This document shows, piece after piece, positions 51,775 to 61,025 of a stretch of 64,000 bases of DNA; position 1 is the stretch's first letter; each line of letters opens with the position of its first letter. The notes under the pieces are model-generated. The model did no database searches. It was not told where the DNA came from and saw only the letters and a program-made list of their open reading frames with translations. The translations under genes and the position numbers were made by a program. The stretch is from a virus (lineage: Duplodnaviria > Caudoviricetes), in the IMG/VR virus record IMGVR_UViG_3300014204_000012, positions 1 to 64,000 of that record. One strand, written 5' to 3'.

Positions 51775-54194
51775 GTATAACACAAAATTCACAATTGAAT
51801 ATACCTGTTAACGTGGGTTTTTGTTTGGAGTGTAATCACTCCTTTAAAACTGATAGAAATGAATGTCTCGACATGTGTGATGATTGTCTTGATGATTTTA
51901 AAAGACGAATTGAAAAAATGAAAGATGCTAATTACATGATGAATGTTATGAGGTCTGCTGTTAGATTTGCTAATGATACCGGTAAGAGAGATGTTGCAGA
52001 TCGTGCTTTTTTTGCTTGTCTTTTTCCTGAATTAAAAAATAGTCAAGTTGCTAAAATATTAGCATCTCAAAAAAAAGTTGCCTATGTACGTTCTTAATGT
52101 TATTATCAATTATTTATAAAATGAAACAAAAATGAGTGGTGGATTTTTTGACTATTACCAGTATCACATTGATACAATAGCCGACAGTATTGAAGGTGTA
52201 TTGGACAATCAGGGTAAAGAAAAACCAAGTGATGAATGGGATGGGGGCTATTTAAAGGAATATCCCGTGAAGCTCTACCCGACTTATCCCGAAGTTGTTC
52301 AGGATAAAATGAGAGAAGCCGTAAAACAACTTCGAATAGCAAGGGTTTATGCTCAAAGAATTGATTACTTTCTATCAGGTGACGATGGTGAAGAAACATT
52401 TGTTAAACGATTGGAGAAGGAATTAAAAGATATTGAAAATGAGAAAAGTATTATTTAAAAAGTGGATAACTGAAATACCACAAGGATTAAAATATCCAGA
52501 TAGAATAGCAATAGAAGGAACTAATTGTTGGGAACCTGATTTTATACATAAGGGATTATTTCATCAATGGGCAGCTGCCTATGAAGAATCAACTGCTGGA
52601 TTTGGAAACTATACAGTTGGTTTAATTGAGTTGCCAGATGGTACAATGGCAGAAGTACTTCCATCAAACATAAAATTTATTGAACCAGTTTAAAACGAAA
52701 TAAAATGACAAATAACGAAATTAAAAATGCTTCAAAATTGAATATGTCGGGAGACCACGCTTATGAAATGGGTTTTATTGCAGGTGCTAACTTTGTCAAT
52801 GAAAGACAACCATACACTGCTGAAGACATGGTGAACGCTTTTGAATGGTTGGAAAGTAGTGGATTCAGACAAATTTTTATCAGTACATGGAGAAGTGTAT
52901 ACTATGAGCCAGTTTTTTCTACGAATAAACTTTTAAAACTTTGGGAGGAACAGGAATGAAAACAAGTGATGTAAAATGTGGAAGAGAATACGAATATAAA
53001 GGGGAGAAGGTCACTGTTCTGCAAAGGATATATGGTAAAGAAACAAATAAACCAAATATGCAAAGTGGTGAGCTTTTTACTGGATTTAAGAGAAAAACAA
53101 AGAAATTTCTTCTTTCAAATGGAGAAATTGTATATTCTAAATGGTTAAGTATTTGGGAGGAAAACGAAAATGGATAAGCATATACCACGAATATCAGTTG
53201 AACCTGATCCATTTATTTATACTGCTGAAGATATAAATAATTTCCTTGTTTGGGCCTTCAGACATTGGGAATACAATGATATTCTTAAGAAGTGGATGTG
53301 GTGTATGCCAAAAGAGGCAACTTCTAAACAAGTCACAACAATTGAACTTTTAAGAATTTGGGAGGAAAGTAAAAATGAATGAAGTAGTACAATATTTACT
53401 TGACAAAAAAGCTAATAATGATAATCAAATTGATCTAAATGCTTATGCACTTGGACTTATTGATATGTGTGTTTATATGCAGGAGTTTGCGGAGTGGACT
53501 TGTAAAACTAAATGGGCATTTTTAGATAGTACTTGGGTTAATGCCAAGGGTGAGGAAAAAACATCAACAGAACTTTTAAGTGATTGGAAGGATGAACAGA
53601 AATGAGTAATGAAGAGTTAATTGAATATTCCATCCTTTGGTTTGAAGAAATTGTAGAAAAATGTGACAGAATGACTACGGGTAATTTTTCACATGATAAT
53701 AGACAACTTAAAGGATTTGCTCAAAGATGCGCTGATTTTATTAAAATACATCATAAAGTGAAGGAGGAATAAAATATGAATCAGAAATCTGCTGATAAAC
53801 AGAAAAGATTTGATAAACTAATGTGGTTTATTATTGCTTTAGTTTACGCCATTGTCTTCGCTGTAATAATTATTTTTTGTGCAAGTATAAATTAAAACAC
53901 ACGGAAATGATTTCAAGAAAAGAGTATTTAAGTGCAAAATTAACAGTTGAACGGTATGAACTTCAACAGGAGAAACTAAGATTGTCAATGGATGAATGTA
54001 AGGTTAAATTTCCTATTGGATGTTTTGTCATATCGAAACTGAATACAGCAGTAAGAGGTACTGTATATGATTATACCGATTGGGATGGAACCACTCAGTT
54101 GTTATGCCATAAGGAAGATTGTGGTAAAACCAGAATACTTGTGACAAATGCAGTTGTTACATTTCCTGTTAGATTTGCTTGTGAAGTAAAATAA
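51771..54194 (+). other. Run of small CDS 51771-52097, 52132-52458, ~52439-52693, 52705-52959, 52956-53177, 53170-53382, 53375-53605, 53602-53772, 53776-53895, 53907-54194
   Basis: ORF track plus manual translation; several share a 3' junction motif. Confidence 0.65.
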
Positions 54195-54295
54195 GAATTA
54201 CGTTATTGTATTTTAATTGTTAAAAGTAAAATAAAAGATTGAACCACAAATCGAATAAAACAGTTATCTTTGTATTGAATTTAAAAACAAATGAC

Positions 54296-54517
54296 ATGTC
54301 AGAAGATCGTAGGGGGTTTTTGACCCCGGAGCAAGAACAGAAACTTGACGATTTGATCGTCTTAAAAGGTATCCCGGAAGTTATTGATGGAATCGCTATC
54401 AGAATGGCCGACAACACGGGATTAGAGAAGCTGAAAGCCAAATTGCTGGCTGAAAAACCGGAACTGCTACCGTTCATCTATGAAGTGATTGACGAGATTT
54501 TTGCAGCATTGCCGTAA
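54296..54517 (+). CDS. Stand-alone hypothetical protein (73 aa)
   Basis: Own -7 box TATCTTTG 54265-54272 and a downstream terminator. Confidence 0.65.
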   Translation: MSEDRRGFLTPEQEQKLDDLIVLKGIPEVIDGIAIRMADNTGLEKLKAKLLAEKPELLPFIYEVIDEIFAALP

Positions 54518-54534
54518 CCCGGTTTTATCAAATG

Positions 54535-54567
54535 AAAAGAGTGACCTTAAAAAAGCCACTCTTTTTT
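54535..54567. terminator. Bidirectional terminator
   Basis: AAAAGAGTG..CACTCTTTT dyad between convergent genes. Confidence 0.75.
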
Positions 54568-54568
54568 G

Positions 54569-54635
54569 TTTTAAGACACTTTGCGACTACAATATACAAA
54601 TACCCCACTTAACGTAGATAATTGATTGTAGAGCC
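54569..54635 (-). repeat. Dispersed element, copy 7
   Basis: Reverse complement AAGTGGGGTATTTGTAT..AAAGTGTCTTAAAA resembles copy 5. Confidence 0.7.
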
Positions 54636-54647
54636 TCTCACACGCAT

Positions 54648-54860
54648 CTACGGGGCTTTGGGGTCTTTACTTATGAGTAGCAATAACGCCGCAATAACAG
54701 AACCCACATAGAGGATAATATCACCGGTGTCAATACCGAAGAAATCCTCCGGTTTGATACCACACAGCCGCAACACAATTACGAATATCATTGCGATACC
54801 CATTCCGGTAGTCAGTTTACTGCCACCGATGTTCCCAAGTGTTGACCTGTCCAGTTTCAT
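54648..54860 (-). CDS. Two-TM holin-like protein (70 aa)
   Basis: Two hydrophobic segments, basic C-terminus KDPKAP; ATGA overlap at 54860. Confidence 0.55.
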   Translation of the reverse strand: MKLDRSTLGNIGGSKLTTGMGIAMIFVIVLRLCGIKPEDFFGIDTGDIILYVGSVIAALLLLISKDPKAP

Positions 54861-57841
54861 AATCCCGATGAATACCAAGTCCCAACACCACCAACCATAC
54901 GATACACCAAGCGATACGCACCATAGTATCCATTTGTATCGAGTAAATTGTACACATCGAAGTTCTGTGTAGCCACATCTGGATCACCGGGATCGTCAAG
55001 GGTTATCACCACCCGCATATATGTCGGATAGAAATAATGACGTGAAGCTATTAAATTCACATAGTCATACGTCGGACACAAGTCCAATACTTCCTCGTGC
55101 ATACCGCCACCGTAGTTGGCGTACCTACCCTTATACGACACGTATGCGGTTATGCTGTCCTGAGTGAGAACAGTACGTGTCCACGAACCATCAGATAATG
55201 ACCACGCACCAACCTTAAATGTTCCATTGAAATCGGTAAGATTATAGAATGCTGTCGTATTGGGAACATCTAATGTTGACGGAGCCGTACCACAGGTATT
55301 AGCTATGGAATCGGTGTATCCGTCTACGGTCTTCTGTAACAGGATTTGTATGGTGTAATTCGGATCGTCGTAGGACACATTTGTTGTGTCGTAATGCGTG
55401 TACATCTTCGGATACGTCACCGTTGTTCCGTCACCACAAAGTGCATTTGAAGACGCCGAGAACATCAACAGTTTGTAGTGGTTTACATTCTCCGGGTCAC
55501 TGGAATACGATGTCATTTTCGTACTTGCCAATACAGTAAGCATCGAGTTCTTAAACAGATTGTAGTCGGTAAGGTTACGAGCCACCAGTTTAACCGTATC
55601 ACTTGACTTGATATAAGAGATGGAATCGGTGAATGTCCGGCAACTATATCCCGAAGACGGAGTTTCCAACCACGCACAGTTTACATTCCTATTAAGGGAT
55701 ATTTTGAAGTCATTACCCCAACGGTTAGATGTGGGAACGTAAGTCATGTTTGTTGCCCACCCGGATGTTTCAAAGATGTAATGCTGTACGTCATTCTGGA
55801 TGTGTGCTGACTTATTTGAATAGGTTAAATCATAAGTCCCTGCTGAACCGTTCCACACCATCGTTATTGCTGCCGTGGTGTCAATAGTCTGGTAGTCCTT
55901 TTCAAATGGTGTACACAGGTCGAAGTCCAGAGTGTCCAAGCATTTCCATGACAACCTCCAGTTGGTATTCGTGGAATACGGATCAATCTTGAACTTGATC
56001 TTATCCCCTGTGGCAACTGTTGGGAGTGTCGTTATCTTATTGAAGTACGATGAATATATATTGTGAAGTGGGAAGTTATAAGCACCATAAGCCGTACCCA
56101 CCTGCCATGTCTCCAATAGGGTTTCAGTGGCTCCGTGGACAAAATAAACCCTTAAAGTGTCTATAACGTTCTCACCATAGAAGAACCACGGCACATAAGA
56201 AGTCGTCGCATCCAAGTCCATCGAAATCTCCCTGGTGGGGAGTTCGTCGGTATTCAACTCATAAGAATACGACACCGAATGTTCGTAGGCAATAGCTCCT
56301 TCCGTGTATCCACTTCCGTTATCACAGATATAAGCTGCTGACACCACATCCGAGAGACAGGTGGCAAGATCTGGACTGTATGTACCCTGTTGTGTATAGG
56401 CAGAGACGTATTTCTCACCATTTACATACACCCATCTGATCACAGGGGTATAGGTTCCGCTAACTACAGGCATAGCACTCGTAAACGGCTGTAACACGTA
56501 ATTGGTTATCCCTGCACCACTGGTGGCCGTGGTGAACTTAAATACGCCCCCCACATACCAGTCAATAACATAGTCACCCACCGTGGCTGTGGTGGAAGAC
56601 AAGTCACCGATGTCAAGGTGTCCCACAGTCGGAACTATATCAGCGAGGTACAAGTTGGCAAAGTCACACATCTGAGCGGTAACAGTAACAGTGTCGCAAG
56701 GTGCAATAATGTCACAGATGTTCTTCCATCCAAAGTCACAGTCTGCATTGCTCAATTTGACAAGCACCTGACCTGCTAAACCACCCGGGGGAACGGGACA
56801 GCCATTGAGGGAGACGATAACACTGTCTGAACCTATCTTAATGTCTATTAAACTATCACCCTCCTCAACGTATAGCACGTGGTTATTGAACACTGTATCA
56901 ATGTCGCCATCATTCGCCACTATCCAATACACGGAATCCAGATCAGCAGTTCCACTTGACGTATTGATGTGTACCTTCCGGTGTCCTCCTGCACTCACAT
57001 CGTACACGGGAACCCAATCAAGAGTGTCGTAAGTTGAAGTGGTTAGTTCAGGAATGTCCATGTTCACAATCACGTTCCCGCTGGAGCTAAAGTAACCACC
57101 ACCACCAAGTCCAATCCCTGCTGTCACACTTAGTTTAGTGGGATCAAAAGCAAGTACAATGGTGTGATCGGTGTTGTTCAGACTTATCGCCATGAAAGCC
57201 GAATCCACATCAATTCCCCGGAAGTAGAATACATTGTCTGTGGTATTGTTCCACACCCCTATTCCTTCGTGGTTGCCATTCTGAGCATCGTAGAACCCTG
57301 CTGAATCAAACACCTGTGTAATCGGTATCCAATATGCCTTACCGTTTATGTTTTGCAGTATATCCCCGGAGACACCGTCTGTGGCATTTAGTTTCGTTAT
57401 CCTCAGTGAATCCCCGTCAAGAAAATAAAAGTTATTTGTGTTTATGGAATCCTCCACTTCCAGTGAGTTCATCACATGAACATCATACACGTTTGTATTG
57501 TATATTCCACCGTGAGTGTCCCTTTTCCACAGGGGATCGAGTAAGTCGAGAATCTTCAATACTTTCCAATTATACTTTACGTTATTGGACACTCTAATGT
57601 AGTTGTCACCTGTAACCCATAGCTTGTGCCAGTTAATTGAATCGGAACTGAACTGATGGTAGGTAACATCGAGAACCGGAATTATGGTATCCCGGTATGC
57701 AAAGTAACTTTGTGAGAACAGTGTGTCCCGTGCCATAAGGTTTCTATCATAGTCCCCTACGGTCAATGTGGATGGTGACACCACTGCCTGACCAAATCCA
57801 ATCACGGGTATAAATAACAACAAAAACAAAAGTCTTTTCAT
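54857..57841 (-). CDS. Large signal-peptide-bearing Cys-rich fibre/adhesin-like protein (994 aa)
   Basis: Start at ATG 57841: MKRLLFLLLFIPVIGFG|Q; fibre motif PPGGLAGQVLVKLSNADCDFGW; 14 Cys. Confidence 0.7.
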   Translation of the reverse strand: MKRLLFLLLFIPVIGFGQAVVSPSTLTVGDYDRNLMARDTLFSQSYFAYRDTIIPVLDVTYHQFSSDSINWHKLWVTGDNYIRVSNNVKYNWKVLKILDLLDPLWKRDTHGGIYNTNVYDVHVMNSLEVEDSINTNNFYFLDGDSLRITKLNATDGVSGDILQNINGKAYWIPITQVFDSAGFYDAQNGNHEGIGVWNNTTDNVFYFRGIDVDSAFMAISLNNTDHTIVLAFDPTKLSVTAGIGLGGGGYFSSSGNVIVNMDIPELTTSTYDTLDWVPVYDVSAGGHRKVHINTSSGTADLDSVYWIVANDGDIDTVFNNHVLYVEEGDSLIDIKIGSDSVIVSLNGCPVPPGGLAGQVLVKLSNADCDFGWKNICDIIAPCDTVTVTAQMCDFANLYLADIVPTVGHLDIGDLSSTTATVGDYVIDWYVGGVFKFTTATSGAGITNYVLQPFTSAMPVVSGTYTPVIRWVYVNGEKYVSAYTQQGTYSPDLATCLSDVVSAAYICDNGSGYTEGAIAYEHSVSYSYELNTDELPTREISMDLDATTSYVPWFFYGENVIDTLRVYFVHGATETLLETWQVGTAYGAYNFPLHNIYSSYFNKITTLPTVATGDKIKFKIDPYSTNTNWRLSWKCLDTLDFDLCTPFEKDYQTIDTTAAITMVWNGSAGTYDLTYSNKSAHIQNDVQHYIFETSGWATNMTYVPTSNRWGNDFKISLNRNVNCAWLETPSSGYSCRTFTDSISYIKSSDTVKLVARNLTDYNLFKNSMLTVLASTKMTSYSSDPENVNHYKLLMFSASSNALCGDGTTVTYPKMYTHYDTTNVSYDDPNYTIQILLQKTVDGYTDSIANTCGTAPSTLDVPNTTAFYNLTDFNGTFKVGAWSLSDGSWTRTVLTQDSITAYVSYKGRYANYGGGMHEEVLDLCPTYDYVNLIASRHYFYPTYMRVVITLDDPGDPDVATQNFDVYNLLDTNGYYGAYRLVYRMVGGVGTWYSSGL

Positions 57842-57855
57842 AATTCTATTTTGTA

Positions 57856-57863
57856 CAAAGATA
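57856..57863 (-). promoter_or_regulatory. -7 element TATCTTTG
   Basis: 14 nt upstream of ATG 57841. Confidence 0.65.
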
Positions 57864-57867
57864 ACAC

Positions 57868-57913
57868 AAAAAGAAATGCCCCTGTGGGCTCCTGAGAGAC
57901 CCGTAGAGGCATT
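57868..57913 (-). terminator. Long hairpin terminator
   Basis: AATGCC..GGCATT closing stem, T-rich tail on minus strand. Confidence 0.65.
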
Positions 57914-57967
57914 ATCTTCTGAAGTTGATAATTTGTTCACCTGTACCCAAAAACACCCGTACAGGCG
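57900..57967 (+). repeat. Dispersed element, copy 8
   Basis: CCCGTAG..GAAGTTGATAA (11/11 with the reverse complement of copy 1)..CCCGTACAGGCG. Confidence 0.6.
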
Positions 57968-58034
57968 TTGTGGCGTGTCGTATAACCGCTGACTAACCAT
58001 GCGGCATAGATCAATATAAGTGAACCCAGGATCA

Positions 58035-58328
58035 TCATTGCTCTTTTACTTTTACTTCTGGTGCTGACAGAATCCTTGTTACAAAGCCCACATCGGCACG
58101 ACTGAATCCACTAAACACGTCAATGGCTTTCTTCACTTTCTGGTAATCCACTTCTTCAAGGAGTACGGAATCATCAGATGATTCGATCTTCTTTGCAAGT
58201 TCATCCTGAGTGATAACATCCCTCCCGGAGAGTTTCAGTTCAGGGTTGAACAATAGGTTGACAACTGACGTCTTTACGTCATACGGTCTTTCGTCAACCT
58301 GATACGGTGTTAAATCAATCTTTCTCAA
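58035..58328 (-). CDS. Small acidic protein, fibre chaperone candidate (97 aa)
   Basis: TTG start overlapping the stop of a 21-codon ORF (58325-58390). Confidence 0.6.
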   Translation of the reverse strand: MRKIDLTPYQVDERPYDVKTSVVNLLFNPELKLSGRDVITQDELAKKIESSDDSVLLEEVDYQKVKKAIDVFSGFSRADVGFVTRILSAPEVKVKEQ

Positions 58329-58461
58329 TCTGGAATGTCTTTTTTAATAATTACGGGTTCCTCTTTTTCTTTTTTCTTATCTGTTTTCATATTGAAAATG
58401 TTTTAATTGCACAAAGTTACGGAATTGTTTTATTAAAACCGTAATTTTGCACAATATTTTA

Positions 58462-60258
58462 TCAATAATCTGCATACACGGGAATGAACCCAGGGGTACC
58501 ATTCATGTCAATCTGAATCTTAGCGATAGTTGCAGCCGCAGGACTACCGGTATCAGCGGTCAAACATCCGGCTTGTGCATTGAAATCAATCAGGTTCGTT
58601 ACATTGGCAGTACCATTGATCTGAATAGCCGCATTCACCGTTGAACCAACGTCAATGTGTAACATGGACTGCACAACTGAATTAGGTACACCCACTTCAC
58701 TGACAATGGAAACACCGTGGCACATTTGCGTTACGGTAGCACCGGCAGCACCATCAATGATAAACAATCCAGCGTTTACCCATCCCTTAGCTACGGTCTT
58801 ATTTCCGGTTAAAAATGCCTTACCTGATATAGCGGTTAAGTGTGCGTTATCACCGGTTGTGCTTACATCGTCCGCAATAGTTAAATGTGATTGTAATGCG
58901 TAAGCATCCCAGATGTTCTTACCTACACTGGCACGTGCCATTAAGGTTGCCAACTGGTGATTAGGCTGGTGTGCGGTTGTATTTGCTGTTTTAAAGTAGG
59001 CAGCACCGATGGTCTGGTCTCCACTTGTGCCCGCATCCGCAACGGAAACAATGTTCACCTGAACCGGGACAATACTGGCGGTTGGTGTTAACGACTTCGC
59101 TGTGTTAATGTCACCGTACCCCAGAATGAAACTCCCCACACCCTGTACCATCGTGGAACTTGAAAAGTCAATACCCTTTGTTAGAGTACCGGCAAAGTTG
59201 ATACCGGTTCCGATGGTATTGGCAAACCCGATTCCCGTGGTTAAAGTTCCTGCTGAGTTCTCAATGCTTATGCCTTTTGTGGCTGTGCCATGAGTAACAT
59301 CCACCAGGATAACCTCACTAACTGTTGAACCCGTACCATTCTGTAAGGCCACAAAGACGTTATCAACAGTTCCAGCCGCATTGGTATTGTTGTTCACCGC
59401 AACGAGTACCGAACAATCATTTGCGCCCGCCTTGGTGATCTGTCCTGAACCCTCAATGGAGAAATAACCACCAAGTAAACTACCTGTGCCAACGGTAACA
59501 GCCGCAGATACGTTCACAGAGGCGTTTAAGATAGCCGAAGATGCAACAGCATGTGCAAGGTTCTGTCTTAACTGAAGACACCCCACAGCGGCAAGCGCAT
59601 TAGTGGCACCGGTGTCAACCCTCAACCGGGCAGCAGCAACATCAAATGCTACGTTCCCACTGTTCTTAATGTTGACCTGAATAGGAACCCAGTGATCACC
59701 TGCCAGCGTAACGGCCATTGGTGCATCCCAACTACCGATGTTGATGAACGGCGTGTTTCTTGCTCCTGTACCTGCCGTGGTATAAGCAACAACAGATGGA
59801 GTAAGGGACTTGAAATTAGTGGCAGCGATAGACGCAGGAATGGCACTCGTGGTGACAAACACATTGGTTCCGGTTGGTGAACTTGCTGAACTAATAGCCG
59901 AAAACTGGTTGGCTGTTAAGTTGTAAGTAGCCACTGTACCCGCTGTCCTATATGTGGGTTTTTCAGTACTGGCCTCCACATATGCTGAACCCGTACCTGC
60001 TGAAATGCTTAATGTCAACACCCAACTACCGGCTTCCAAATACGAATAATCGTATGGAAATTCGTAACGTGTGTTTGCTGAAGTTAGTGTCACCGTGCCC
60101 AGTGTGGTTGCATCTTTCTTTATTGTCGCCACTGCCCCCGCTGAGGAAGACGACACAGACACCATTTTAACACAGTACCCCTCTGGTATTCTCCAAGTGG
60201 TAGATGTGGTAAAGGAATCTATTACCCTGTTTATACTCCTGTCTCTTGTTGTTTTCAT
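58462..60258 (-). CDS. Fibre-like structural protein (598 aa)
   Basis: Thr/Ala/Gly-rich repetitive beta composition; -7 box at 60272-60279. Confidence 0.65.
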   Translation of the reverse strand: MKTTRDRSINRVIDSFTTSTTWRIPEGYCVKMVSVSSSSAGAVATIKKDATTLGTVTLTSANTRYEFPYDYSYLEAGSWVLTLSISAGTGSAYVEASTEKPTYRTAGTVATYNLTANQFSAISSASSPTGTNVFVTTSAIPASIAATNFKSLTPSVVAYTTAGTGARNTPFINIGSWDAPMAVTLAGDHWVPIQVNIKNSGNVAFDVAAARLRVDTGATNALAAVGCLQLRQNLAHAVASSAILNASVNVSAAVTVGTGSLLGGYFSIEGSGQITKAGANDCSVLVAVNNNTNAAGTVDNVFVALQNGTGSTVSEVILVDVTHGTATKGISIENSAGTLTTGIGFANTIGTGINFAGTLTKGIDFSSSTMVQGVGSFILGYGDINTAKSLTPTASIVPVQVNIVSVADAGTSGDQTIGAAYFKTANTTAHQPNHQLATLMARASVGKNIWDAYALQSHLTIADDVSTTGDNAHLTAISGKAFLTGNKTVAKGWVNAGLFIIDGAAGATVTQMCHGVSIVSEVGVPNSVVQSMLHIDVGSTVNAAIQINGTANVTNLIDFNAQAGCLTADTGSPAAATIAKIQIDMNGTPGFIPVYADY

Positions 60259-60286
60259 TATGTGTTTTTTACAAAGTTAATTCATT

Positions 60287-60976
60287 TTAAAAATAATAAT
60301 TGTATAATGATGTTTTTTCAGCAGAAGATAATTCCCTATTAAAAACATATACTTGATCTATTTTAGAATCAGATTTATAATTTAAAAGTCCACCTACTGA
60401 AAATATAGCATTAAGAGAATTGAAACTAAGAGTAGCAGCAAGCGTCGCAACACTTTCGACTCCATCATCCATTTTGAATTTCATTTGATTACTCGCCGCA
60501 TCCTTGTCATAACTTGCGCAGAAGAAATGCCAATTTGATGTATCCGAAAGGGTTATGTCTATATGGTTTGAAGATGCCCCCACCGTTGACCAATGACCAC
60601 AAAAAAACCTTATTTTACCCCCCTCGTAGATAATACCATAACCATCATTCCATAAAGCCTGATTTGTACAGCAAACAAAAGGATCATCATTTGACAATGA
60701 ATCTGCTTTCATCCAAAATGAGATAGTAAATTTACTCAGGTAGAACGGTGAAGCATCATTAACATAATAGCCAATTAAATAAGCATCATTATTGAAATCA
60801 TATGCTTTATCGCTAATATCATTTCTATCTGATGTTAAATTAGCACCAACATTTTCTTTAAAATGGTACCCATTACCAGATGTATCATTAATATTACCAG
60901 TAAAATCATATCTTGCGAGTAATCCAGATGGCATTATAAAACCACCAAATCTATATGGATTTAAAATATATCCCAT
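60287..60976 (-). CDS. LamG/concanavalin A-like lectin domain protein
   Basis: Probable start MGYILNPYRF; LARYDFTGN..FTISFWMK..WHFFCASYD..IDQVYVFNRELS; AT-rich. Confidence 0.75.
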   Translation of the reverse strand: MGYILNPYRFGGFIMPSGLLARYDFTGNINDTSGNGYHFKENVGANLTSDRNDISDKAYDFNNDAYLIGYYVNDASPFYLSKFTISFWMKADSLSNDDPFVCCTNQALWNDGYGIIYEGGKIRFFCGHWSTVGASSNHIDITLSDTSNWHFFCASYDKDAASNQMKFKMDDGVESVATLAATLSFNSLNAIFSVGGLLNYKSDSKIDQVYVFNRELSSAEKTSLYNYYF

Positions 60977-61025
60977 TTTGTATTTTTCATGTACGTTAAA
61001 CAACGGATTGATTGACCTCTCCATA

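Noticed and set aside
57842-58000. 53-aa N-terminal extension of the 1047-aa ORF in the track
   Set aside because: It crosses a terminator, promoter and repeat element; ATG 57841 gives a clean signal peptide 14 nt after a -7 box.
58325-58390. -1 frameshift joining a 21-codon ORF to 58035-58328
   Set aside because: The A-run is not an in-frame X XXY YYZ site; the TTGA overlap is explained by translational coupling.
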